The notes: a model not told the origin generated them from the letters alone. Numbered from the stretch's first letter, positions 25,630 through 38,484 are shown. The stretch is 64,000 nucleotides of DNA from Lingula anatina (GCA_051362555.1 CM120642.1:16554001-16618000), one strand, 5' to 3'. Numbers and translations are program-made.

Positions 25630-28469
25630 GGGGGGGGGGCAGGGGGGTTAACCCCCAACCCTTTCGGGTTCAATCAATCAAAAATCACATCAATAATCCC
25701 CTCTTGATATTAGAATTCTGAAGACCTGAATCATAGTTCTAAACTGCACCAAATGACACAGTTTGCCCTCCAAAACACAAAAACCCACACCAAGGGGGCA
25801 AGGGTCGGCTTCGCATACGAGACCTGTCATTCTTTAAAAAAACTGGACTCCTCCTTTACGTCATCCTGGATCCGACCCTTTGGAAGATATGTGTTTGGTA
25901 CATAAAATGCCTAGCTCGTTTTTGCTAATACTTACTTCTAAGATTTCTGCGATATGATGAGCATCATTTTCACCGAAACCGTTGCCTACAATTATAAATG
26001 GAAAATGCATGTTCATGTATCTTTAGGGAAAATTGCCATAAGATGATATTAAATGCTTGCATTGTATGATATAGGTCTAGAAGACATCGAATACATTGTC
26101 CAATTCTTATTTAAGTCACATAAGCCCACCAATTTTGCTATGTATTCAACAACTACATGCGAATTTATGTATAATAAGCATTCAAACCAGATAGACTACA
26201 TGTATACTAGTACGAGATTTTGTTTTCAGTCTTTCACTCGATTTTCCATATGTTGTAGTAGGAATAACCTCAAAAACAAAATATATAAAAAAATACATAA
26301 AACTGATCGTAATTTTACCTGAGAGATCCAACGTCTTCAGATAGCGACTATTGATAACCTCTTCTGCCAATACCTTTAACCCAATGCGGGTGATGTTGTT
26401 TTCAGCGAGTGTCTGGAACGGAATACAGTAATATAGTATACATGCTGCTTGAAATGGTTGATCATATAACAATATTTAGTCAATAACCGTGACAATTTAT
26501 CTTAAGACCGGGTTATTGGTACTGCCGTGCTGTTCTTAATATTTTAATAAAACTCAACGTTCTAAAATTAAAAACTCTAATGCTTACAGTGTATTAATAT
26601 TTATATGCAAGAAGATGACACAGTTTTTTCGAACTCACAAAATCAAAATTTACTTAATGAAAGTTGGATTATAATGAAATTATTCTAATTCTCACCAGAC
26701 TGGTAACGTAGTAGTTCTCCCTCAGTAAGTCTGACACGTAAACAGCGCCCTCGTCACCCATTTTGTTCCCGGTAAGATCCAATACCTTCACGTTACAATT
26801 ACGCTGAAATATTAATAATACTTCTGTAAAACAGAAAACTATGCTTGTTTCTGCGAAAAGATAGAAATGATAAATATGCAAATTTAAAGATGTGCAATAT
26901 CTATAAAAGATGCTAGTTTAACTGCTTCATGTGAAGCCGTCCACTTAATTATCAGATATTTATAATTTAGTAATCGTTACGTACCACAAGACCCAGTACA
27001 CACGCTTTTGTCTCTGAAGGTCCCATGGGTCTCCGCGCTATCTTCACTTGGTCGTGGATGACGCTTTTCACCACGGACCTGGCTGGGTTCACACCTGTCT
27101 GTCTACAGGCCGCCACGTACGCCTTCACGTCGGGGTGGTTCATTTCGTCGTCAGAGTCTTCGTTGTCCTGGTCGTCTGATTGAGGGATACAAAGACAGAA
27201 ATGAAAGGGGCATCTTGACCAAGTATTGGGGCATTTTTGCATTATACCTTTTTCACTATGCCGTTTCTGTTACATGTAGGAGGAAGAGCATGTTTAGGCC
27301 TGGATACCAGTACATGTATGTTCTTTAACAAGAACACAAACGGACACAAAAGAACACAAAATTGCAAAAAGAAAAAAAAAAGCTAACCGAATTGAATACC
27401 TGGCTTAAAGTCACCACATCATTAAGATAAACGTTGAAAACCAAACACTTATAAGACGGTGGGATATTGCAAAAACATAATAAAACACGCCTTTTTCACT
27501 TTTTATCTCGCTTATTTAAAAAACAGACCTTTATCGAAGTCGAACTCTCCGCTCTCCTCCTCGTCGTCTCGTGCGTCGTCATGTTGCAGTGCATTGTGGG
27601 GCTGATCGTCCTTGTCATTCTGCGCCTGCTCCAGGAGCTTCTTTTTCCGAATCACTTTTTTCCCTGACACCTTCCCCCGGACTCCGCCCTCCGCTCGCAG
27701 CTTGGAGAAAGTCTGATTGGCCATAGACTGGACGTGAGCGAACCCCTTTAGCTTTGTCCATCTTCTCTGGACGTTGGAGGACGGGATTTTTGGTTTCTTA
27801 GGACAGAAAAACAATGATAATAATAAAAGAAAAGCAAATAACACGGTGCGCTTGTTATTTTCATGGATAAATATTGGAAATACAAATGCAAACCTGGGTT
27901 TTAATATAAAATGACTTGCACAATGTTGCTGTGCCCCCACATTTAAAAGTGCTGTTATTCACATCTTGTTACAACGCAGGCTGTATCAACGTCCTAAATT
28001 AAACCCAAAAACACACACATAAAACTCTTTCGAAATTCACTGTAACATATATAACGTAGCATTTATATTTCGTTAAATTCACCCCAACAAAAACATGGTA
28101 TGCGAACATCAAAATTTCACCCAAGAGCGGACCCTTTCCCTGCTAAAAAGGGCGGTTGGTTCAAACCTTCCAAAGCCCCTACCCATTACCAGGGCCACAG
28201 ATAAGATTTTTCACCAGATATACACAGAAATGTCTCCGGTTAAATTCACGGCAATTCGCCTCAGCAAAAATGTCCATAAATAATAACAGCGGCCCTGGTA
28301 GAGGTTACAAAGCTCCCCACCCCCACCCCCACCCAAACCCCACCTCTGGGCTACGGGCCTGGGTAAAACATGTATCTAGTAGTACATATCATACCTGTAA
28401 TCCAGGGTCCTCCTCCTCCTCTCCGTCACCATCAGTACCACCAGTTTTGATAAATGCACTGACGTTCAT
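19169..28469 (-). CDS. LRRC74A: LRRC74A/B-like leucine-rich-repeat protein with C-terminal EF-hand pair, paralogue 2 (long isoform)
   Basis: Exons: 28469-28395 (MNVSAFIKTGG...), 27796-27529, 27175-26985, 26803-26696, 26412-26319, 25985-25936, 24405-24324, 24060-23975, 23728-23534, 23186-23091, 20298-20041, 19746-19661, 19544-19169. Seven internal exons (108, 94, 50, 82, 86, 195, 96 nt) match paralogue 1 in size. EF-hand loops DKDGSNSLTFQE and DKDGDGEVDFGE. Confidence 0.9.
22238..22372 (-). CDS. Alternative terminal exon of LRRC74-like paralogue 2 (short isoform without EF-hands)
   Basis: Acceptor TTTTCATTTCAG, phase 0, TQLVTPEFLAEYRELKNKRQNFKFLHGRIYDPSNQLKRPKTSFF*. Similar to exon 20298 (TQCVTHSFIDMLVEAQDKREFQIKYG) and to the last exon of paralogue 1 (SQFVDETFLKTLTELQETKLPQLQIHHG). 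AATAAA on the minus strand at 22047-22042. Confidence 0.7.
   Translation of the reverse strand, partial: TQLVTPEFLAEYRELKNKRQNFKFLHGRIYDPSNQLKRPKTSFF
22696..22873. mobile_element. Short MITE, Harbinger-like termini
   Basis: GGGGCGATTTCAC ... GAGAAATCGACCC imperfect TIRs, intronic. Confidence 0.45.
24606..25335 (+). mobile_element. Third, single-unit copy of the tRNA-module TIR element
   Basis: Starts CAGTGGCGGATTTAAATGGGGGTC. The body is the reverse complement of the 7330-8091 unit, including both tRNA-like modules and the GGTGTAGG-type short repeats. Confidence 0.75.
25588..25880. mobile_element. CAGTGGCG-type MITE, related to 37536-37761
   Basis: Starts CAGTGGCG, ends CCTGGATCCGACCC. Interior (GTTCTAAACTGCACCAAATG..CAGTTTGCCCTCCAAAACAC) is the reverse complement of the interior of 37536-37761. 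Confidence 0.6.
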
Positions 28470-30472
28470 TTTAAATTGTTTTACCCAAGTTGCTGAATTT
28501 GTATCTATTATTTATATATCTTAAAGCAGCCGGTGAAATCGCGTCCTCAGTCCCTATGATAGGGCCAAGGAACGCATGTTGTTGAGTAAAATTCCCTTCA
28601 ACAGTTATCCATTATGACTCGTTGATTTAGCCGATCATTTAAGGAAAATATTTCCAGTCTTAAGATTACAGCGAATACTTTTCTTCTACCGTCATATTCT
28701 CAGTATAACTCATCTTATTTCACTGAAAAGTCTGTCAGCCTAAAATCGCAGCGCCTGTTTATAAGTCCTTTACGAGCGGACACGGTTGTATGTAATCTCC
28801 AATATACAGTACATCACGGTCTCTATTGTTGATGCTGGGTTACATCTGTACTGTATTGTTCCGGCCTTTCTCTGAGCACAAAAGTTAGAGTGAAAACGAT
28901 TTTCCGGTTCTCTGTTTATTTTGTTTATCTTCAACAAGTTTAGAATTAGAAGTTTATTCTTGCTTGGAATAAACCCAAAGTTTTCCAAATGGCTGAAGGC
29001 ATTGAAATCTTGGTTATTTCTTTCATTTGTTTCATGATAAAGGAAAACGATACATGTACATATACCAGAGCACAATTATGACGAATCACGACAGAAATGT
29101 GCCCGTGAGTTGGAAAGCTGACAAAATAATTTAAACTTAATTGATGCTGTATAGGTAAGTGTTTTGACATAAAAAATACTTCAAGTTCAACTGACGTTAA
29201 AATAAAGACAATAATTTACTTTTGTATTATAATTTTATCTTTCAAAACTATCACCAGAGAAAAATACCTCAAAAAGGGGGTCTGATTAAAATAAGGGTTA
29301 AAGCGTGCTGCTTGGTTCCATTATAGAACTGAAGTTTATTCACGCAAATGGTAAAATTGATAAAGTACATTCATTTTTAAGAGACACTAATTATACGTTA
29401 AAAATTTAGTCAAACAATACATAGGGCAAATATATAAGTTAGACACAACAAGACAAGATAAATGAATTTATTATCGTTTAACTAGTCAACGTAAATGTAT
29501 TAGAGAAGCAAGACAGGTGAGGAAACGAGTTCAAAGGATGGGGAATTTGAGAAGCGCAGATTGCGCATTGCGCAGTAGTATAAGGAATCGCGAGACGAGT
29601 AGTTTTCATTCGAGACTGTTTCAGCCGTCTGCGTCGGACTGGTGAGGTAAGTCGCAAATATGTGACAAAATTATATTTGAAATAGTATCGATAGCATACG
29701 AAGAGATTATAAGCCGGTCAGAGAAGTAATGTAAATAAGAGAAGGTATAAGAGGGGCCAGTTGCGATAAGTCGGTGCATTACAAAAGGGGAATACGTTTT
29801 GCAGTATTCATGATTTACTGAGTGTAATTTCAACAGTGTAAAAGGTGCAAGCGGGATGTAGGTAACAAAGAAGAGGTGGTAGTAGTGATAAGCCTGTAGA
29901 AGGTGATAGTTTCTGATGTACAGTTAATTCGTGGTATGTATGCATTCGGTAATACAGATAAGAATGCAACCGGTAAAATGGTAAGAAAGATTTTATTGAA
30001 TTGTATAAAAGGTGGTTAAAAATTTAATGTGTACAACAAAGAAAATAGCAGATGTATTGGTTATGAGAAGTTGGTAGTTGGTTATAGTTTGAGAGTTTGT
30101 GAAGTACAGTTAATGCGTGGTATGTACGCATTCTACGACGCAGACAGGCATGCAACAGCTCATAGCAAGGGTAAACGAAATAAAATGATTTGAATTTTAT
30201 TCGGTGGTTGGTTTTTTCGTTGCGAGTTATAAGACAATAAATGATTTATATGCGATTAAGTGAAACGAATAAGAATATAAAAGAACATAAAGTACCCGTA
30301 AAACACTGCTTTTAGGTTATAAGCCATTATAAGCATATTCATCCCACTGTACACTATTTTGATGATACAGCATTATCTAAAAAATATAATACAATACAAT
30401 ACAACACAACACAACAAAATACAATACAATTTAAAATATAATGTATACCATTGAAGTAATAACTATTTAATT

Positions 30473-30644
30473 CAGGCCCGTAGCCGGGGGGGGGGGGGTT
30501 CGGGGGATTCGAAAGAACCGCCCCTTTTGCTGGGAAAAGGTCCACTCTGGGTAAAATTTGATCTAGGTGCATGAACTTTCTATTGGAAAAGACTACCTTT
30601 TCAGAAAAAGAACCCCCCTTTTGAAATTGTCGGCGACGGGCCTG
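30473..30644. mobile_element. MITE with CAGGCCCGTAGCC termini (hAT-like)
   Basis: CAGGCCCGTAGCCG ... CGGCGACGGGCCTG inverted termini, with G/C-run subterminal segments. Confidence 0.65.
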
Positions 30645-31590
30645 TAAAAGTTAGTTTCAACTTTACAGATGTGCAGATACATGTGTTGTCGCCAATTTCG
30701 ATAGTCTGAAACATGTAACCTTATACATTTGAGTAAACATATAAAAATAATTCTTGGAATGTCGTGGTCATAATTTGTTTTCCATTACACATGAGGATAT
30801 TGCTACCCTTTACTATTATGCAGATACCGAAAATGAGGTTTTCCTGCATCTTATTATTTAATAATGCACCTATCTTTGTGTTGATTTAAAACAATAAAAA
30901 CGGCTCGAAAATTGTCAACTACTGTCAGCAAAAATCTACTCACATCAGTCTGATAAAGGCCTTCGCCCAGATTGGCCGTAAGTTAACGGTATAAAAATAT
31001 TTCGGCTTGTGTTTGATAATTTTCATTTATGATAGACTATTGCCTTTTATACATGTATTTCTCTTTACAATGCATAAACATGGGCAACTCAAAGCTTTAA
31101 TCCCCAACTGAACACCTTTTTATTTTGAGGTGAGATAGCAATCGGTATGGGGCGTAACTTCATCCCTGAACAAGATTTTATCACAAAAAATTGGCACTTA
31201 AATCTCTATTATCATGTTACCAGTAAGATGATATGTGTGTAAATGTTAATTAATTTAGTCTCTGAACACTGATGATTTATTTATTACCAAAATGAATGAA
31301 TGTAAGGCAACAAATAAAGAGTTTTGTACGAAGGGTGACAATGTCCTTAATTATTTAAACCATGCATATAGGTAAAAACATAATGGTGTGACGTTAAACA
31401 TTGGCTGTCGACCCGCTAGTGCTTTTTGAAAACGGAGTACACACACAAGATATTACAACTTTTCCATGCGTATCGCTCCTATTGAAAACTGTCCTTATGC
31501 ATTTCCATACTGCTGTATACAATCGCAATAGCAATGATGTGGTCACGTGTGCAGAAAATTGCTGTTGTCAGTATCATACTGAAGTGAAGC

Positions 31591-34500
31591 CTACTGGTTA
31601 TCAAGGCCGGTTGACTCGATCGATCGTTCGATGTCCACACTCGTTGTGCCTGGGTTTTGATTATTTCGTGTCGTGTCCATTGTTGAGCTGGCGTCGAAAC
31701 TGACGTTGTCATAGGTATCAGAACGAGGCTGATTATCGTCGTTGTCTTCACGTGATATCATAGAATTTCTTTCTTCTGTGGTAGCATTTTTCTTGTGCGA
31801 TTTTTTTCTCCAAATTGCAATCATAATTACAATCCCAATTAAAAGCAGAGCACCAGTTACCGATATACCAATATAAATACCGACTGATGATGTCGAATTC
31901 TTTGAATATGGTTGCATGAGTGTTTCATTCGCTAAAACATAACGTAGAGGGGATGTAAAATTAGAACCCTTCAGTGATAATCATGATTCTAGGGCAAACT
32001 CATCTCCGGGAATAATAACGACCCCCCCCCCTTCTTCGTCAAGATAGAGAAATAGCATACAATCCAGGGATTTTTTTTGTCTTGGACAGTATTGGTTTTA
32101 AGTTCGGAAACATTATTATATAATCTGCATGGCACAGTGTTTTTAGTGTTTTGATATACTAGTATTTTGTCACCATGGGGCGCAAAATAGAGCCCAAAAT
32201 AGAGCCCATATATTTATGTAGTAATTACAAGAAAGCATTTAATTTTAGCCCCATATTGAAGTTAACCACTTCTACATGTAGGCCTACATCTCAAATCTTT
32301 TGGATACAGCAAGCATGAAAAACATAATATAATGCATTTGGGAACAAATGCCTCACGATGACAATGCATAGACAAAACTAAGGCAGTAACTAAAATGTCA
32401 AAGGGAACAATGCTTGCAATTCTGTAAGAGTTGAAACTTACGAAATTCACTGGTACTTGGAGTCTCGTTACTTTTCATCGGCACTGTCATTAAGTCAATC
32501 TCGTCATATACATATACATCATGTGACGTTTTTGCTTTTTCCTGGACGGTGTCGACCTGGATACAGTCCCCGGTGACTTCGTCGTACCTGTAACCTGAGT
32601 GATTCAGTAAAATATAATGTAATTATTATCACATAAATCTTATATCAACATACACCTGTACAAAGCATCAAATATTAAAACCAAAAAAGCTATCCAGGCA
32701 CGACAACTTTATACATCGCCGCGCATTCTATGCATTTTTTTCTTTTTATCGACCCTGATAGCATAATAACGATCAACATCACTATGTGAGGAGCATATGA
32801 AATGGAACAAGGCCGTACCTGGTAAACATTTTCCACACTTAATGTCATTGAACCTTGTGCAGTTTTCCAACACTTCTTGTCCCTCCTCACAACTCTTACA
32901 CTCATCGCAGACAGTTGCTTCATCATATTCCAAAGAATACGTTTCTCCGTCTTTACATGGGCCGCATAGTGTGTCTGTGTAATTGTGGCACTCAAATATA
33001 GTCCCCTCCCCTTTGCTGTGGTCACACTTCCTGCATCTTCCACAAGTTACGCTTCCGTTTTCGAGCTGGACCTTATATTCCGTAAAATAGTCGCATTTTC
33101 GTTCGGTGGTGTTGAGTAGGTCCCCTGTGCACGAGATTACCACAATTATCACTACGTGAACCAGTAATCCTAAAACCTGATAAAAGAATGAGGTCATAAG
33201 AGGTTAAGATTCAAGGCTTATATCAGAAATACAGGGAAAATACGCGTAGGATACTGTAAAAAGTAAAAAAAAATCGCGAGAACCCGAAGGTCTACCGGGG
33301 TACATGTATACCAACTTTCGGAATTTAAATAGTGATTTTTTTTAATGTAAGCATTAGACTTATACATTTCTTTTCTCGGTTAGATTTACAGCAAAAATTG
33401 CATAGAAAAACTCCGGATACGCTAGCGATTAACCGTAATTTTGCTAAGGGGCGTGTGGAGGGAGTCACAAGGAGGACAGATTTACACCCCATTTCCATAG
33501 ATTTTTAGATCGATCTATACCTGTGGGGAGTCTCACTAGATTACTGTCAGCTCTGCCGGCTTAAGCGTCTGTCCAGCCTACTAAAAGCTATAAGGGGGTA
33601 ATTAACTATGGTGCCCGCTCGGCTGACTGCAATTTAGCATGAACCCCCAGGGAGTTAGGTCGATCTAAATCTTAATCTCTAGATCGATCTAAATCTCTGG
33701 GAAAGCACCCATAGTTTCGCTTCGCTCGTTTAGTAGAAGTAAAAATATTCAGGGCACAGGGTTCAAAAGATCGCCTGGTCATGCTTCGTTTCAGTGGTTG
33801 CACTTCTTTTTGGAAGGTTTGCCTATCATTTACTTTATAATCAAACTTTTATCTTTGGGATGCTTGGAGATGGTGCAGTCTATCTATATTTAGTTTTTCA
33901 GGTGTACATGCTACTTAATGTTTACATGCTACCTTTAAACCATAACATTAAAGGTATAAATACTACAGAACATAAACAGGTACACTGCATTAATAAAGAT
34001 TTTTTAAGAAAATGACAAAAGGGACCACGAAGGCTTTGTGGCAACCTCCCGATCCGCGACTGGAATAGAACCCGCAACAGACATCACTAAAGGCTACCCT
34101 GTATCTCAGACGTCCTACAATATTGTCCTACTGTTGTAAAAGAAGGCTCAAGTGGTTCGTTGTGGAACGCCATAAGTTCGCTTCAGGGGAAGTCCCAGGA
34201 TCAGCCCTACGGATTGGAGTATGCTCCAGTGTTGTGCCCTATCAGAGCGGTACCAAGCTAAAGTCTCTCCAGAATTCGCACTCTACGGCGTAATCTGCAC
34301 ATTTTACCAGGAGGCAACTATCGTAAAATTATATGCACATTTTCACAGTACAGAAAAGTTCACGGAAAATATATCAGTCAAAAAACATATTTGTGAGTAG
34401 GCCTACATGTATTAAAAAACACTTTGTTACCCTGGTAGATGGTAACGGTGACAGAAAGTGTGTGTAGTTATCTTTACAGACTTAACTTGCGTATCCGAAA

Positions 34501-35000
34501 TTCAGGGTTGTAGAGCCGCATTTTGCAACCAAAGAAAATCTTAAAAACGCATTTTGCAACCAGAACGTATTTTGCAACACCTTTTTTTTTTCTAAGCCAC
34601 TGAAACGGTTTGAAGTACTGTAGATGTAGAATTGGAATGGGACGGGGCTGCCTCGGCTAGGTGCGTTAAATCTGGTCAGGCTGAACGCATTTTGCAACCG
34701 GTTGCAAAATGCGTTCGGTTACAAAAGGCGGCTCTACAGGTGTACATGTATGCAGGTTAAAATGATGTCATGAGAACAAGAAACAATAGACAAACACAAG
34801 TGAACGTGGGCTAGAGACGGTGCCTGAGCGCCAAAAGCCACAGCTGCAATGTTATCTACCATGCACAGGACGACAGGGATACCCAGGCCCCAGTTTACGA
34901 CCGTTTGTAAACAAATATGGATGTTTGCGCGTTTTTTTGTAACATGTGCATCGTAAACCAAAACTAGGTATGCTTGGCCTACCTTAAACATAAGCCTCAT
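31591..35000 (-). CDS. Tumour necrosis factor receptor superfamily member (NGFR/TNFRSF16-like cysteine-rich domains), type I membrane protein without death domain
   Basis: Exons 35000-34983 (MRLMFK, tentative), 33176-32819 (signal peptide plus CRDs CGRCRKC...ECHNYTDTLCGPCKDGETYS...CDECKSC...NCTRFNDIKCGKCLP), 32594-32472 (GYRYDEVTGDC...) and 31931-31591 (TM VGIYIGISVTGALLLIGIVIMIAIW, RKKSHKK stop-transfer, ~70-aa tail). Phases are consistent. Confidence 0.85.
33485..33710. mobile_element. PIF/Harbinger (Tourist-like) MITE family with TAGATCGATCTA subterminal motifs
   Basis: Reverse-complement homologue of 63767-63980. A related copy lies at ~56564-56787. Confidence 0.7.
34509..34738. mobile_element. 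MITE with TGT...ACA termini and repeated CATTTTGCAACC motifs
   Basis: TGTAGAGCCGCATTTTGCAACC ... GGTTACAAAAGGCGGCTCTACA, with GGT on both flanks and at least five internal copies of the subterminal motif. Confidence 0.7.
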
Positions 35001-36047
35001 GGCACAACCTGCGAACAGTGACATGCATAGACATTTGCATTTGTATGCAGGAAACACTCTCTACATTTGTTTTTGATGTGTAGTCCGCTAGTAGCCCGCT
35101 AGTAGGCCTATCTCTTAGGTGTACAATACCACCGTCTTCTGACCTACTTTCTTCAATAATCAAACTCAACAAAACCTGTTTACAGTTCTTGGAAGAACCA
35201 AATATCCCTGCCCTCTCCCGCGGCGCGGTTATTATTGAGGACATATTTGCTGAGGCGACCCTGGTAGATGGTACAATATCCCCGTGTGTATGTAGGCTTT
35301 ATTTTGGCATATTGATGTTTTGTTTTATAAAGTCATGTCAGGCATGTTTTGTTACCAACATGCGGGCATCACCTGGACCCTAGTATTGGGTTTATCATTG
35401 ATGAGGCAATTGAAAATTAATGGGGACAGGTTACCCTCTACCAGGGCCACAGATTGAATGTTCTCTAAATATTAACGGATATTTCCCTGGTTAAATAGAT
35501 GGCTAATCTCTGTACTGTGGAAATATGTCGACAATAATAACTGCGGCCCGGGTAGAGGGTAGGGAGAGGTATGGGAGCAAAACTAACAATCATCGCCCAG
35601 CCAAATTAGTAATATATTATTTTCGCTTTCGATTTGGAAAAGCAAATGTACACTGTATGATTGAATCAATGTCACCAATATTTGTTCTGCCCTCCGATAA
35701 TTCAGGTCTGTGTATAAAGGGGACACTAAACTTATGCACTTTTTGGGGTTTTGCCGCTCACCAAGATGGGATGCTTGTAAACTATAAGTGAATAGATTTT
35801 AGGGCAGGCCTATTTAATCACCGCGACATGGACAGGTGTGTTCCAAATTGAAAGCGACTCACTCGAGTTTGTTAATCGAAAAAAGCACATTCAATATAAA
35901 TGGAGATATCTAAAGTAAAATACGAAATGTATCGAAAAGAATTGTTAAGAAGGTGTGAAAATCTATGCATGTCTTTTATTAAAATATGCCATTTAACAAT
36001 GAGCTGGTCTGTCAAACCAAAGGCGTCATTCCCTTAGACACCATCGG

Positions 36048-36215
36048 CAGTGGCGGACTTGGGAAGGGGGTGTGGTCAGGGGGGGGGGGCTGAAAGAAAA
36101 AAACATAATTCCTGAAAAAATAGAATTTTGACCAGCCGACCCTACGCCAAGGGGGCGAGGGTCGCCTTCACATCCAAGGCCAGTGATTCCTAAAAAACTG
36201 GATCCCCCCCCCCTG
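36048..36215. mobile_element. CAGTGGCGGA-type MITE with 6-bp flanking direct repeat
   Basis: CATCGG-CAGTGGCGGACT...GGATCCCCCCCCCCTG-CATCGG. Confidence 0.7.
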
Positions 36216-36934
36216 CATCGGTCTACGTAAAACTCTGCGGATAATCTCGCTGAGTGCAATCAGCTTAACTGAGTGACACTCCTGGCGTTGAGAAGAATAC
36301 AGAAAAGCTGGTGATTGCATTGGCCCCTACGGCGTGTCATTTAGTTCAGCGGATTGCACTCAACGAGAGTCACCGCAGGGTTGGATCGATCTACGTAGAC
36401 CGATTGTGTCTGCAGGAATGGGGTCTAAGACACCACAGCTGCATGAATAATCATATTAATGTCCGATTATGTGGCCACGTAATTAACACGTATCGAAGGA
36501 TACGTCTTAAGTAATGTAGTTTGAAAGAAATTACTTAATTAAAGAACTGAATACTAAATCAACATCATTATCGAAAAAAAACACATACGAGTGTGCACAG
36601 TAAACACAATAAACTTCGACAAAAGGATCAATAACAGTCTGAATGATCCAGGATCTTAGAAGGAGGGGCACAGTGACAAAGGTTTTTTTTACTTCGCTCA
36701 GCAAGTATATCGACTAAAATATATATAGGCCTATTAGTTCAAAATTAATATATAAAGTAGAATGTTTCATTTTCGTTTTCCATTTCGGAGAAGGCAGTGG
36801 ATCAATGACAATTTTTTGGTCTTCCAAGAAGACATTAACAATATTGATCTACCTCTTTCGATATCTTGAATTTTAAATAACTTCTTTAGTATATTCAAAC
36901 GCTTGTGTGTTTGAATCTATTTTACTTAAAAAAA

Positions 36935-37170
36935 CGATTCTGGTAACCAGAGACTAGTGTCGTTTTACAAATACGATTCTGGCAACCAGAAACTAGTGTC
37001 GTTTTTCACATCCGATCCGATACAGCGCACAGGTCTGTTCCTTGTTGAATGGTTGACAAACCTTACTTTTATTCAATAAGAATAAACAATTCTGGTAACC
37101 AGAAACTACTGTCGTTTTTCACAAATGATTCTAACGACCAGAAACTAGTGTCGTTTTTCAGATCCGATCT
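36935..37170. repeat. Minisatellite, ~38-bp unit, about 4 degenerate copies
   Basis: GATTCTGGTAACCAGAAACTAGTGTCGTTTT repeated at ~36936, ~36975, ~37088 and ~37127. Confidence 0.8.
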
Positions 37171-37535
37171 TGAAGCTGAGAAACCAGGATCGTTTCTGCA
37201 GTGGAAGCAAAAGTGGACGAAGGAAGAGGCGACTGGCGATTAGTATCTGTGTTTAGAATCTCTAACTGGAGCAAATTATTGTTAGCCGGTGTAGTATGTT
37301 AAGGTCATTTTACATGGTTTATGGATTCATATAATTAACAGATCAAAAATGGCAGCTGAATGTGAGCAGAGATGTCGCTGTACAGTTTGTAGAAAACATG
37401 TAGCCTATTGTTGGTGTTATTTTCATAAATGACTATTACTTTATTTGTATTTATATGCCAGTTCAAATTGCATTATTATCGCTATTCCTGTGGTGATGAA
37501 GATTTAAAAGCACGAACAAGCGCGTGCATACACTC

Positions 37536-37761
37536 CAGAGGCGGATCCAGGATTATTTGAAGGGCGGGTCCGGAACGACAGGCCTCTTTTTTTGGTGTTT
37601 TGGAGAGCAAACAGTGACCTTTGGTACGATTTAGAACTACAGGTATAATTTAGCTAGTAAATATTCTAAATTCATTAGGGAGATATTGGTATGATATGTT
37701 TTTCAGAAACCGAAGGGGGGGTCAGGACCCCCGACCCCCCTCCCCTCTAAATCCGCCACTG
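37536..37761. mobile_element. CAGTGGCGGA-type MITE
   Basis: CAGAGGCGGATCCAGG ... CTAAATCCGCCACTG inverted termini. Confidence 0.7.
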
Positions 37762-38330
37762 TCAGTGGGAGAACATTCAGTATCAGCATATGTCTTAAAT
37801 GGATTTTTAAGAAGTATTTAAAAAAATGAATCAATTTGGCCTCCGTGAAAAAATATTTTCTTCTAAAATTTCAAATTTAATCTAACGATGGTTCCGGGTC
37901 TGTAACACCTAAGACTTCAGACCAGTGTGAAGAAAGCCTGTGAAGTCATCGGGTTATAATAAACCACGTCTGCGGTAAACCAAATCCGTGTCAGAAAAAA
38001 GTTTTCAAGATGTATTTCACAGCCAAAGTTGCAGTGACTCATCTCAAAATGTAATAAAGCAGTTACGTGGTTTATGACAAACTTGTAGTGGAACGGAACA
38101 AAATTACTTACGTAAATTGTGTAACTACGACTACGACCTACTTTATTTAAAGACTGGTTATAATAAAATCAATATTTATCACGATAAAGTGCATGTGGGG
38201 CGGATTTGTTAAAGTGCACAGAAAAAGTTATCAGCATGACAAGGGTATTACACGCATTAAGACACGAAAGATATATAGAAATAATCGAAAATCACTATGA
38301 GTATTTGTTCTTGACCTTATTTCATTTACT

Positions 38331-38366
<36 letters not shown>

Positions 38367-38484
38367 TTTTGGTAAAATAAAAGTGTTTGCCATAGTGCGC
38401 GTTAAGGGATTCAGATATGCTGGTGTTTTATCGTCTCAATATTCTCACGGTACTGTATTTTTTCCTTTGTAAAAAAAACATATC

